Source of the DNA: Amoebophrya sp. A120
Lineage: Eukaryota; Protista; Dinoflagellata
Direction of reading: 5' to 3'
Assembly: GCA_905178155.1 (NCBI GenBank)
Contig: CAJINV010000005.1
Span: 3,651,253-3,715,252 of the forward strand
Length of the DNA: 64,000 bases
Part shown: positions 12,452 to 23,830 of the stretch, in pieces
Numbering within the stretch: the stretch's first letter is position 1
How the letters are laid out: each line of letters starts with the position of its first letter
Program-made: the position numbers and the translations under genes
Notes under the pieces: model-generated
Databases searched by the model: none
The model's input: the letters and a program-made list of their open reading frames with translations, nothing else
What the model was told of the DNA's origin: nothing

Positions 12452-15400
12452 TTACTCTACAAGCTCCTCCACAGCGGGAGCATCTAAAACAGCTTCCGGC
12501 GACGGTGCATCATCTACATCTGCATGGTGAGGAGTGCTATTCATATTCTGGAGTTTCATAGTTTCCCGGTCTCTCTTCATGTCGGAAGCGGGAGTGTGCT
12601 TGCGGTCTGATGTGGCACAATCATCATCTTCATCTTGTTGAGTGGGTGGAGTCTCTATTTTTATTCGTCCTGCACGTGCATGTCGTTCATACTCATCCGC
12701 ATGCTGGTAGTCCTTCTTGATTATAGACGTCAAACCAAACGCCCTCCTCATATCCTCGACCACCATCGGGTAAATGGTTTCCTTGCAGCTCATGCCCCAG
12801 GTGAAATCCAGGTGTTGGTAGCTGGGTTGAAAATCGGTTCTGGTCACGTTCGCGTCCACAGATTTCAGCATTTTCTTCAATTTGTCCACGTCCTTCGGAT
12901 CGGCAAGCGCGTCCTTACCCCCGGAATAAAGGGAAATCGTCAAGTCTCGCTCTATATGCATTGCAAAAGGAAAAGCATCTTCGTGCTCCTCGTACTAAAA
13001 GATCGCTGTCATGCACGACAAATACAATTTTCCAGGCTAAAAGAGCATGGCAATTTTCATGGGCAATGCTAATCATTTAATCGTAGTTGAAAAACAAAAA
13101 ACCGACGCTTTTGCGATTGCAATTCATATTTGACCTCCGGATTTTCGTCAAGAAGCTTCTTCTATGCATTGCAAAAGTATCGTACTCGTATAAATGCACT
13201 ACAAATTTCCTCAGCATGAGAAATAAAATTTGTACTGCAGATTTGCCTTGGAAACAAGATTTGTAATGCAAGACTTGCATTTCTTGTACGAGTACGATAC
13301 TTTTGCACAGGATATCTTCAAGCTTCCTTCCACGTCATAGGACGGCGGCGAAAGCGAGCCGTAGTGGTACAAATTCGAGATTGGCCCGTAGTCAAACTTC
13401 CGCAGTTCTCCGGATCGGACCAGATCCGCCCAGTGGACCATGTTTTTCACCGAGGTTCCACCAGGCGAGTTGTACACCATTACCGACTATGGACTGCGCA
13501 AGTATCGACGCACTGCTCGTGGTAATTATTGCAATCTCTACCATGACTAGTTATAAGTCAGAAAACCCATTATTTAATAGTATCCCGCAATAAAAACGAA
13601 CAATGAAAACGAATAACGAAAACGAACAATGAAAACGAATAACGAAAACAAAGAATGGAAACGAAAAACGAAAACAAAGAATGGAAACGAAAAACGAAAA
13701 CAAAGAATGAAAACAAAAAACGAAAACAAAGAATAGAAACGAAAAACAACAACAATGGAATGCAGACAAAGTGCCCAAGCTTCTAAGCGGCGACGCCTCG
13801 AAACGATGAGGCCTCGAAACGCCGAAGGAAGCAGCGAAGCCTCGAAGCAGCGAAGCCTCGAAACAGCGAAGCCTCGAAGCAGCGAAGCCTCGAAGCAGCG
13901 AAACCTCGAAGCAGCGAAACCTCGAAGCAGCGAAGCCTCGAAACAGCGAAGCCTCGAAACAGCGAAGCCTCGAAGCAGCGAGGCCTCGAAGCAGCGGAGC
14001 CCCGACGCAAGCAACGAAGCCCCGAAGCAGCGAAGCCAAGCCCCAAAGCAGCGAAGCCCCGAAACAGCGAAGCCCCGAAGAAGCGAACCCTCGAAGCAGC
14101 GAACCCTCGAAGCAGCGAAGCCTCGAAGCCGCAAAGCCTCGAAGCCGCAAAGCCTCGAAGCAGCAAAGCCTCGAAGCAGCGAAGCCTCGAAGCCGCTCAG
14201 CCTCGAAGCAGCGCAGCCTCGGAGCAGCGAGGCCTCGGAGCAGCGAGGCCTCGAAGCCGCGAAGCCGCGAAGCCTCGAAGCAGCGAAGCCTCGAAGCAGC
14301 GAAGCCTCGAAACAGCGAAGCCTCGATGAAGCAGCGAAGCCTCGAAGCAGCGAAGCCTCGAAGCAGCGAAGCCTCGAAGCACCGAACAAGCAGCGAAGCC
14401 TCGCTCGAACAAGCAGCAAAGCCGCGAACAAGCAACGAGGCCTCGAACAAGCAGCCAAGCCTCAAACAAGCAGCGAAGCCTCGAACAAGCAGCGAAGCCT
14501 CGAACAAGCAGCGAACCTCGAACGAGCAGCGAAGCCGCGAACAAGCAGCGAAGCCTCGAACAAGCAACGAAGCCTCGAACAAGCAACGAAGCCCCGAAGG
14601 AAGCAGCGAAGCCCCAAAGCAGCGAACCCTCGAAGCAGCGAACCCTCGAAGCAGCGAACCATCGAAGCGGCGAAGCCTCGAAGCAGCGAAGCCTCGAAGC
14701 AGCGAAGCCTCGACGCAGCGAAGCAGGAGAGCCTCGAAGCCTCGAAGCAGCGAAGCCTCGAGGCCCCGAAGCAGCGAAGCCCCGAAGCGGCGCAGCCTCG
14801 AGGGAGCGAAGCCCCGAAGCAGCGAAGCCTCGAAGCAGGCCGGTCGGTGCCAGATCACGGCAAAGCCAAGCCGGCCCCGGGTCGTGGCCAAGCCGAAGCC
14901 GGCGCCAAATCATGGCCAAGCCGGGGCCAGATCATCTCATGACAAAGCCAAGCCGGTGCCAGATCATGGCCAAGCCGGTGCGGTGCCAGGTCGTGGCCAA
15001 GCCGGTGCCAGGTGAATCATGGCCAAGCCTGCCTGCCTGTGCCCGAGCATAGCCAAACCGGTGCGGGATCATGGCCATGCCTGCAAGTGCCCGGCCGCGG
15101 CCAAGTCGGTGCCAAATCATGGCCAAGGCGGTGCCAGGTCGTGGCCACGCCGGTGCCGGGTCATGGCCGTGCCGGTGCCCGATCATGCCCAAGCCGGTGC
15201 CGGACCCTAGCCACGCCGGTGTCGGGCCCTCGCCGAGCCGGTGCCCGACCATGCCCGCCCCCCGCCGCCAGATCGCGGCCCCGCCGGTGCCAGCATGCAA
15301 GATGACGGCAAAGGCCAACCTGCCCGCCGCGCCGGCCGGTGCCGGATCGTGCCAAAGCCGTTCTCCCGCTTTGAAAATCGCCGGCGGATGGGCCTCCCTG

Positions 15401-18400
15401 TGCTGAAGCGCCGACAACGATTCTCCACAAAGAGACGCTGAGTGCTACTATTCATCTAGCGGAATACTATTAAGTCAGCAGGTTACTGGACACGGGAAGC
15501 GGGATAAGGCTAGTATTGCATCACAAATGATCTTCTCAGAATGTACAAATTCCATTTTTTCTTCTACGTGCGACGCAATGTAATTTGTTCTACGTTCGAT
15601 GCTTTTGCAATACATACTGGGACACGAGTCTTGTTCATGTTTGCGGTCGGGTCCGAATCCATGCCGACGATGTCCATTGCAAATGTGTCTGGTGATGCTC
15701 GATTGTAATGCTTGAGCACCCTGCTCTCAAGCGCAGCCACGCATGACAAATCTCTGCGCCGCCTTGTCACCCTGGGTAGCGCGCAATAGAAGCTGCGCTT
15801 TTACATGACAGACAAGGTCGCGCTTTTGGCAGTAGTCATGCAACACTTTCAGAGGCATGCAAGCCAAGCAATACAGATTCCACTTTTCCAGACCCAGACC
15901 TATTTGCGGTGGGTACACGATGAGGAACAGCAAGTCCTCGCACACCGCGGGATAGCTTTCGCACACCGGCCCAGTATCCACAGAAAATTATGTTTTGGTC
16001 TACCGTCGAGAAGCTTGCATTGCTGGTTTGTGAATCATTATGATACGCGCACTACCAAGTATGCCAACTTTTTGAGCATGCGACAGCACTTCTGCGTTAT
16101 TTCCTGCATCACAGGGTGGAAAACAAGCTGCCCGTCCTCGTGGACGTGAGTGACGAAGCTGAAAGGTATGCATACGCCAAACAAGCATGACAAATCTAGA
16201 ATCAAACTTCAAGACCTCCCAAATTACACATTCACACTGCATACCCGGCTATCCAGTGCAACAAGGGTTGATTCGGGAGGAACGCCCGGTCGCCGAACAG
16301 CTCGAACTATCAAATATAAAAACGTCTGGGTCTGGAAGATTGCAACTTGTCATGCTAAATCTGCAGCATGCAAAAATCTGTGTTGCATGCTTACCAAAAG
16401 TCGCCCAATTTTGACCAAGTCGGGAGGTGGTTTCTCATGCAGGATAGGCATTAGAAAGTTCTCGCAGAATCTGTCATGCTAGCTCCGGCATTCCAGACCT
16501 CATGGGTCATGGAAGAGCAGCATGACAAGTCGCGCATTCTTCCAGACCCAGACATTTTTACACTTGATACGAACAGCTGGTCAATGTGCAGCGCGATCAG
16601 AGAACCGACCAGCAGCGACGCCTGGTTGGCCGCGGAAGCGACCGGCGCCAAGGCGGAGTATATAACCCGCTCAGGTGTTACAATCTCAAACGTTACAATA
16701 AAGCCTGGGATTTGTCTTGCATAATGAGCATGAAAGACTCGCAGACCATTCCACTTTCTGCAACACAAATTTCGCCAGATTGTAGTGGAGTTTGGGGCTC
16801 CGGAACTTGTCATGCGCAATCCTATGAGAGTTGGGTAGATCATGCGCTCTTGCATCACAGATTTCGACACTCTATTGTAACGTTTGACATTGTAACGTTT
16901 GAGCAGGTCATAGAGTAGTGCTGGATTTTCTTCGCGAACGCCGGGCCAAGTTGCGACAGGGCGACGAACATCTGCAGAGTGCCCTGCGAGTGCCCGACGT
17001 AGCCAAGCTTGTGATCATCTTCAAGCTCCTTAGGATCGTGGTCTTCCTCTTCTTCGGAGGCGGAGCCGGAAGTCATCAAATCATGTTCGTTACTGCGCCC
17101 GCCCCGCCGGGTGTTCGCAATTATGTAATCTACAACTGCGGGGGTGTCGGATAGCGCAATGTCGTCAAAGGAGAAGTCCCAGAACTTCGAGTCTTGGGTG
17201 GTCAAATTCACGTGCTCGAGACTCCAGGTGCTGCCGCGGGTGTTGCCGAGCCAGACATCAAAGCCCTGTATCAAACAAAAAAAGTTCGTCACGATCACTC
17301 ATGCGCATTTTTGCAATACAAAACTTTCTGTCATGCGTAAAAATGCATCACAGCCAAACTTCCTTAGGGATTTCCCTAGTGTTTCTGCAACACAGAGGAA
17401 AGTTGTGATGCTAAAAAAATTTGTAATGCAAAGCCCGCAAGTTAGTGACAGTGACAAACTTTTTTCTCTCCATACCCTGATCTGCCAAGATAAACGCGAG
17501 CGACTCATCCGGTTCGTTGACCAATATGAAATGCAAAAATATCTGGGTCTGGAAACTTGCAATGCTGCGTTGGGAATAGTAAATGCCCTGTAATGCACAG
17601 CCAACCATGAGAAATATCTGCGCTTCTTTGTGTTGCGTTTCTCGCATGACAAACTGCGTCTTTGCATGACAGGCAAAAGGGTCTCTCTTTGGACACGCAT
17701 CACAAACTTTTTGGTCATGCCAGACAAGCATGACAAGTCTCGCAAGCTTCCAGACCCAGACAAATTTGCCGTTGATAACCAACCACGTTGCGCAACTGTC
17801 AAGCAGCCCGTGCTGGAGCAGGATTGGGGGCTTAGGGGTGGCTGTTCTGGATGCAGAGAAGATCGTCGTGTCTGTTGAAGTAGTAGCGCCCGTGGTCCTC
17901 GTCGTCCTGCTTGTCGTAGTAGGGACCCCGTTTTTTTGTGAAGGAGTAGATGATGTGGAGGTCGTATTTCGGTCATGTAATAGCTGGTGCTGTGCTGCTG
18001 CTACAGGTGAGCTTGCGCTTCTCTGACGCAGAAGTTCCTCGCTGTTTATTTTGCGCTTGTATTCCTCCTCTTTCTGCTGCTGCTCAACCCTTCCGTGCGG
18101 AATCCGAAACAGTGTCAGGATGTACCCGTCGCTCGTGGTAACCTTGTGAAATTCCAAGGGGTATCCCTTGGTCAAAATCAGCTCCGACGCGTTCCGATGC
18201 GCGTCGGGAATATCATTGGCCTCGGGCTCCAGTTTCTCGAGGATGGCAGACGAAATTTTCAGTGCGGCGGAAGTCGGATCTCCTTCTGCTGGAGGTGCAC
18301 CTGAAGACGAGAGGGTCTTCAAGGAAGGTCCGCTCACAGACTGTGTAGCCGCCTCTTGTGCTTCTTTGTACTTCAAGTCGAGATCGAAAAGCCAGTCCAG

Positions 18401-18808
18401 TTGCAGTGTGTGAAGCAAGAAGGTGGACCAGGTTGTGGGCACCAAAGCGGTATTTGTGCAGGCACCAGCTGCGGTGGGTTTTGACGGTGATGCTGCGACG
18501 TCAACCGTGGAGGGTTTCACGACCGCGCGGACACTCTGCTCCGCTTGTCCCTTTGTGCTCGCCGTTCTTCCAATTCTTTCTGCTGAGCCGACCGGTCGCT
18601 TGTTCTGTGACAAGAAAAACGGGAGACGAGCTCCAATACCTGTATCTGCTGACGACCTGTCCCTCTCTGGATCAACGCTTACTGCACTTGCACCAGCGGG
18701 TCGTGGTGTGATGGTCACCGTAAAGACAACAATCGAGGCGAATATAGCTACGGCCGAACGAGGCTGTGATCTCGGAAATAGAAACGGCGCTGTCATTTTC
18801 GTGAACAA
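12452..18808 (-). CDS. Acid/gastric-lipase-family alpha/beta hydrolase, 10 exons
   Basis: Motifs in order after splicing: VTTSDGYILTLFRIP, LLQHGLLDS, SLAFILADQGFDVWLGNTRG, GHSQG, ALAPVA, PGGTSVKNMVHW, GGKDALAD, YQHLDFTWG. All nine introns are TIR/direct-repeat elements. Confidence 0.93.
12955..13127. mobile_element. Degenerate introner, lipase intron 9
   Basis: TAT...ATA ends, decayed flanks (tcaaa/tagag in transcript sense). Removal gives EVKRDLTISLY in frame. Confidence 0.6.
13163..13314. mobile_element. Introner, lipase intron 8
   Basis: TIR containing tgcaaaagtatcgtactcgta, exact 5-bp duplication TCTTC. Confidence 0.85.
13590..13755 (+). repeat. A-rich minisatellite (gaaaacgaa/acaaagaat units)
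   Basis: Direct reading of the sequence. Confidence 0.9.
13790..14838 (+). repeat. Satellite of 8-bp units (cgaagcct / cgaagcag)
   Basis: About 1 kb of alternating cgaagcct and cgaagcag variants. Confidence 0.97.
14839..15360 (+). repeat. GC-rich minisatellite (gccggtgcc...atcatggccaa units)
   Basis: Direct reading of the sequence. Confidence 0.85.
15671..15915. mobile_element. Introner family 1 (decayed), lipase intron 6
   Basis: cagacccagac TIR remnant, flanks gacga/cacga. Removal gives LFLIVGMDSDP. Confidence 0.75.
15975..16243. mobile_element. Introner (decayed), lipase intron 5
   Basis: TAT...ATA ends, flanks cccag/cccgg. Removal gives HWIAGPVCES. Confidence 0.75.
16308..16569. mobile_element. 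Introner family 1a, lipase intron 4
   Basis: ~30-bp TIR (consensus tatcaaatgtaaaaatgtctgggtctggaag), exact duplication CGAAC. Orientation is opposite to the copies at 32883, 36743, 37043, 45863 and 55309. Confidence 0.95.
16661..16912. mobile_element. Introner family 2, lipase intron 3
   Basis: TIR containing tcaaacgttacaat repeats, exact duplication GAGTA. Removal gives QHYSALAPV. Confidence 0.9.
17269..17474. mobile_element. Introner, lipase intron 2
   Basis: TIR tat...aaaaaagtt(c/t)gtcac, exact duplication CCCTG. Removal gives ADQGFDVWLGN. Confidence 0.9.
17525..17777. mobile_element. Introner family 1b, lipase intron 1
   Basis: tctgggtctggaa TIR, exact duplication ACCAA. Removal gives ATWLVNEPDESLAF. 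Confidence 0.92.
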
Positions 18809-20286
18809 GCCTTAGCAAGGTAAACAATTTGATGTGCTGCTGTGGTTCAGCCGCTAAAAAGAACCTTCATCTTCTTGTGGTGCAAGCGTACGATTAGAAA
18901 GACCTGGCGCAAGTCTGTACGTAGTTACTAGCTATTGCTATGAGTTTGGTGCTTATAATTTCCAGCCCCATCGGCATCGGTTGCGGGGGCGGCCGCGGCG
19001 GCCCAACCTGCACTTATTTGAAAAAATGCTGTTCGGCTCTCTCCGTCTCGTGTCGCGCTTGCTACGTTTCGATCGCTCGAGAGTTCGGGGAAATCTATCA
19101 AATTGTTTCGTCAAAAAGACGGTCTAGAAAAGCAGAAGCTGCAGCAGTGACACGAAATTTCGGTGCCAAGTACAAAATAGCGCCTACACAAAGACAAAGC
19201 TACTCAGACGAGCCGGCAGCGGTGAACAGAGCTGGCTGGAGTCGTGAGTCTGGCGACAGGGCCGCGTCCTCAAGCAACACCCGAGCGCTGCCGACCGTAT
19301 AAAAATAGTTTCACTTCTATCGTCTTTATTCCTTCTTCATCTCCCGCTTTCTCGTAAGCACCTTTGCGAGATGCTTACAGAGAAAACGGGCGACACCAAA
19401 ATTCAACTATACAGGTTGTAAGGGTTATTTGAAAGTAGTCGAGCGCTTCACCGCTGCCCAAACTCTACTGAAGGAGGACAAGAAGTAACCTCTCATCTTC
19501 TATTCGAGTACTCTAGCGCGAGAGCGAGCGCGGTGCTGAAAACCGGACGCTCAGACCATAGGTTCCACATTTCATATCAGTAGAATTGGTGTGCTGCATT
19601 TTCTGCTAATTTTGTCAAATATCAGTTCGTCTTTCCCTCGGCGCGGGAAATGAGTTTCCACGTAGGTATACTGTTGTAGAAGTACTGGCTATTGCTGTTG
19701 TAATAGAGTGTAAACTAACGACGAAGACTACGAGTTGTGTTATAAAACAGTTTGGATTTTGTTGGATTCGCTGATCCACCTGCAGTTCTTGCTCATGGCG
19801 TGAAGCAAGCTCTGAGTTTTTGAATCTACGGTGTGTCGTAGAAGATTCAGTTTTGTTATTCACTGTCCTGATGACGTAATGTTTTTAAAGGACGAGCTCT
19901 AGTGCTAGCCATATTACATTCTGCTATTGAAGATTCTTTTTCTTTCGATTTCCTACCGGCGATGGCGCGCCGGTGGAAAATGAAGTAAATTGATAATAAG
20001 TCAAGGTCTGTAAATCACTACGATTGCGTTGAAGATACGTTTAAAGATCAGGTCAGATGAACGATAGACTTGAGACAATTTTGCTAAGTTGCAGTTTTTG
20101 TTGCTAGCAGCTACTCAGCTGAAAAGCGGTTTTGTGGTGGTGGAACCTGTACAACGAGCAAGGCACAGGTACCTCCAACCTCCAACAGCATCTACCAGTA
20201 GCACTATCCTAAAAACAGAAATTTGTTATAAAAGATGAAGTAGTCAGACCTCATATTCTTTTCCAGGTAGGTGTCACCACAGCTTT

Positions 20287-20778
20287 TTACCGCGTGGTTC
20301 CGTAGCCGTAGATGTTCTTGCCCTGCAGTTTCAGTGCGTTAATCACCTCGTTGGTCCTCACGGTCGCTCGGCCTTGGTGACTGGTCAGAATGTAGGTCTG
20401 CTCCGTCACTTTTTCCAACCACTGCTGGAACGCCAAGCGGATGGGCTGGTAGATCTTCGCACTCACGCGTCGGACGCCGCCCCGTCTTGCCAACCGACGG
20501 ATGGCGGACTGTGAGTCGTTTTTGGATAGGATAATTTCCCCTGGGTTTGTGGCGCTGTGCTTGCAACACTGATGTTGTTTTACAGTGTAGTTCCAGTTCT
20601 TGAGTAAACGTTAACGCGTCCTATTCTGACTACCTCATGCTCGTACTTACCGCAATATCGTGAGAAAAAACCTATGTGCAGGATAGAGCAACAGGAAAAA
20701 TAAACCCTACCTTGCAGAGATTGTCATGGACAACTTCTTGGACACCAACGTCATCGGGCCGCTTTTTCCTCCTATCAT
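20287..20778 (-). CDS. Highly divergent histone H4-like protein (5' exon structure uncertain)
   Basis: SAIRRLARRGGVRRVSAKIY...ATVRTNEVINALKLQGKNIYGYG aligns without gaps to the H4 fold. Possible first exon MIGGKSGP... at 20778. Confidence 0.85.
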
Positions 20779-21449
20779 GAGTAAAAACGTACCCACACCA
20801 GAGTCAGGATGGGGATTTTGCAACACAAACCTAGGAGTCTTGTGAGTCACGCGTGACAAGTTGCACTCTGCAGTGTAGTGCAGGTTAGCGAGTGCAGCCG
20901 CGTCACAGATTCATCTGCTCATCCTGTTCACAGCATCACAAATTCCAAAGCACGATTGGAAATGGCTCTCATGGGTATGCGCATTACAAGTCTTCCTGTC
21001 TTTGCAAATCTGCATTACAACCCTGGCGTGGGTACGTTTTTACTCAGGATACCTCCCCGTTTCCAAGTTCAGCTGGTTCAAATCCTCCCCGGCGACCAGG
21101 GTACGTATGGTAGCAAAAATTTCTCGAAATCTCAACCTTATCTACCACGACCAACAGATCAACACCAGAGTACTAAAGGTCATGACGGCATTTGCTGCTT
21201 TGCGAGGCCGCGATGCGTAAAAAACGTCGCAGGAACTACTAGTACTACGCGAGTCATTTTTGAGAGAATAAAGGAGCGAGACATTGACTTCGACATCTAC
21301 TTTGCAGCAAAGCCCAATAACACGCTCACCATAAGGAAAGGAGCATTCTTCTATCTGGATTTAGTTTCGCACTATTCGTGCAGAGGTAGGGAGCATAGAG
21401 ACATCAGGGCGCAAGAACTACTTAAGGATCACGATCAGGACATGCATAC

Positions 21450-23830
21450 AAAAATCGAAAATTTTGCTATCATAACTTTCTGCAGAAAATGATTCCCCGC
21501 ACGGTAACTGTCGTTCTCAAGCTTCCACTTCTTCAGGTACATCTTGATTTCCTGAAAGGATGGATGTTGCAAGAAGGGTTATAGAAGTTTAAAAAGTATA
21601 AAAGTTGGAGACACAGTAGTGAGTTTTCGCTTCCTGCTGCACCACCTGTGTCTGCTACTGCTACTCAGACTTCTCACCAACAAGAAGTATAAGAATCGAT
21701 GTACAAAAACAGCAAAAACAAGTTCACTGACTTTCTCGTTCACGCGTTTTGTTTCTACCATGCCCACTAGCACAGAAATAAACAATAGGGCGGTAAAATC
21801 GGAAGCAAGAGGGGCTTGAATCTGTATACATTCATTTACCTTCCACTGCTCCTTCGTGATGGCCTGTCCCGTTGGGTCTAGGATGAACAAAGGTGGGTTA
21901 CATTCGTCTGACCCTAACCCCCGCTAGTGCCCACCCACTAGCGGGGGTTTATGTACTGGAAGAGACCAAAATAAAGCACAGAGAAACTTCAAATTTTCAG
22001 GAAAGGAGTGTGGAGAACCAACTAGCGGGGGTTAGAACTTTTTGGAAAACAGACAACCTAACCCACCCTTGTTCGTCGGATCCAAATCATGGCGCTTCAC
22101 ATCGCCGGGTGGGCTCCGGCGATCAGGGTCGGCGAGCCTCCAAAGACATCAACTACAGAACAGATCTGCAGCGTACCACCCAGAATAAAATATGCCACCA
22201 TGGTATGGGGCGCGGATTAATATCGCGCACCAGGCCATGCTGCAGAGCCCTACTCCCGACGGAAAACTAAAGGGCTACAATGCGAATTTCGCACCCGCCA
22301 TGCCGCGCGAAGGGTGAAATGGGACTGGGCATAACAAGTCACGACACAATACCTTGAGCCAAAAGCCTCCCACTGCAACACGCTTGACATCGATTTCATA
22401 ATCCACAAGTCTCAATAAGCGACGCTTCAGGTTGACATCAGTGCACTGAATGCCGAAAACCTGTCGCGCCAGATCTGCACACACTTAATTGAGACTTGTG
22501 GACTACAAGATCAATGTGTCAAAGCTTGCGATGTCGGCACTTTGGCTCAAGGTGCAATGGCGTGAGTTGCTACGCCCAATCCCTTTTCACCCCTCACGCG
22601 GATTGACAACCACAGCGACGCACCCAGGGGCCGCCCGCGTGGAGGACACGCATGCAGGAATTTTTGGCCCCCTAGATACAACCGGAAAAGTGCTTTTCTG
22701 TTCCCTCACCACGAGCGGCTTTATCCAGCATTTTACTTCTCCATGTGATGCCGCTTTTTCGCCTTGTTTCGCGCCCTAGTTTTTCTGTTTGTGATTTTTC
22801 AAACCGAAGCAACTGCCACGACCTACTTGCGGCCCCGCTTTGCCCTTTGGTTTTTGCGCTGGAACCCGCGTCAAAAAGTAGAATTGTGACCCCGTGCGTA
22901 AATTGAGGCTTTTGAAGTACCTTCCACTGCTCCTTCGTGATGGCCTGTCCCGTTGGGTCGCACAAGTCTGCTTCGTACTTCATTTTTGATTTTTTCTCCC
23001 ACAAAGATTCGACCGGTCCGTTTCTGTTTTTCTGCCTTCGAATCTCGTTGTTGTAGGCGTCGAACTGGTATGCAGCGCAAAAGTGTACTATCGTGCTCGT
23101 ACTTTGTTTTTGCAATGTTACTGCATGACAAATCATCTTCTTCTACTACCTCGCGTGAGACACAAATGCCATTTTTCTCTCTGTAAAAATTTGTGATGCA
23201 AAAAATCAGTACTAGCGCAATATTACGTTTGCAATGCGTAACTGGATTACAAACTCGTTCTTGTACTTGATCTCCAGCATTTTCGAAAACGTCGCCAGCC
23301 ACCACATCCGGTAACTAAACTCATGGATTCCGGTATGCTTTTGGATGTCCTTTTCACCATTACAGAAGTTTTGTTTCGAAACTTTCTGAAAGAAAAGGTA
23401 TCGTCCATGTACTTAGGTAGGTTTCTGCTCTTGAAGAAAGTTGTTGGCTTGATGCATTTAGACGAGGAAGATGGTTCAATATCTTCATGGTTGAAGATGA
23501 TTCCTTTGTTCTCAAAAATGCAACGTAATGTAGTTCTCGGATGGTGAAAAACATCCAATCGCATATTGGGTGCACGATCCAAAAGTTTGCGCTTGGGTCT
23601 GTTTTGATTATTTTTGTTTCGAGGGACGACGAGCGCAAACATTGTAGTGCTGAGTTACAGGATACTATGCAGGCAGAGCGGCAACAAAAGCAAAAGTATT
23701 GACGATGAAGTAGATGATCCGTATAATAATGTACACCAACTTTACCCTCTTCCACGTCTCCGAGGTGTAGAATTGCAACGACTCGTATCCTTTGGAAACT
23801 CGCCCAAGCCGACGAAGCCTTCATGATCAT
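21450..23830 (-). CDS. Possible multi-exon gene of unknown function, interrupted by an intronic insertion
   Basis: Exon-like ...KYEADLCDPTGQAITKEQWK|gt joins in frame to cag|EIKMYLKKWKLEND. Limits are uncertain. Confidence 0.35.
21879..22917. mobile_element. 1039-bp composite insertion between identical 42-bp direct repeats
   Basis: 21837-21878 equals 22918-22959. Contains a ~200-bp foldback (21880-22081) and a ~300-bp imperfect palindrome (22303-22601). Confidence 0.8.
22530..22588 (+). ncRNA. SL-RNA-like cassette (degenerate); inverted partner at about 22316-22374 on the minus strand
   Basis: gatgtcggcactttggctcaag matches the dinoflagellate SL at 16 of 22 bases, is followed by GT and then a ccctttt tract 29 nt later. 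Confidence 0.4.

Larger units (their letters stand above)
1..12790. repeat. Tandem segmental duplication array, four units of about 3.2-3.7 kb (EF-hand gene plus lipase 3' tail)
   Basis: ~2090-4250 recurs at +6848 and ~7470-8940 recurs at +3628 with identical ORF translations. The other units are diverged paralogues. Confidence 0.95.
13552..15509. mobile_element. Non-autonomous element filled with tandem repeats
   Basis: Flanked by CTAGT direct repeats (13547-13551, 15510-15514). Subterminal inverted 15-mer ttaatagtat(c/t)ccgc. Three internal arrays. Confidence 0.6.
13488..15616. mobile_element. Old introner (lipase intron 7) expanded by a nested ~1.96-kb insertion
   Basis: Degenerate TIR tatggactgcgcaagtatcga / tatgtattgcaaaagcatcga. 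Removal gives KTRVPVMVYNSPGGTS. Confidence 0.7.

Noticed and set aside
13590-15360. CRISPR-like array
   Set aside because: The repeats are contiguous with no unique spacers, there are no cas genes, and the DNA is eukaryotic.
13551-15455. Long ORFs (395-446 aa and others) on both strands
   Set aside because: They are translations of stop-free satellite units inside a lipase intron.
20878-21492. 204-aa plus-strand ORF
   Set aside because: No recognisable motif, non-ATG start, and opposite to the local gene orientation.
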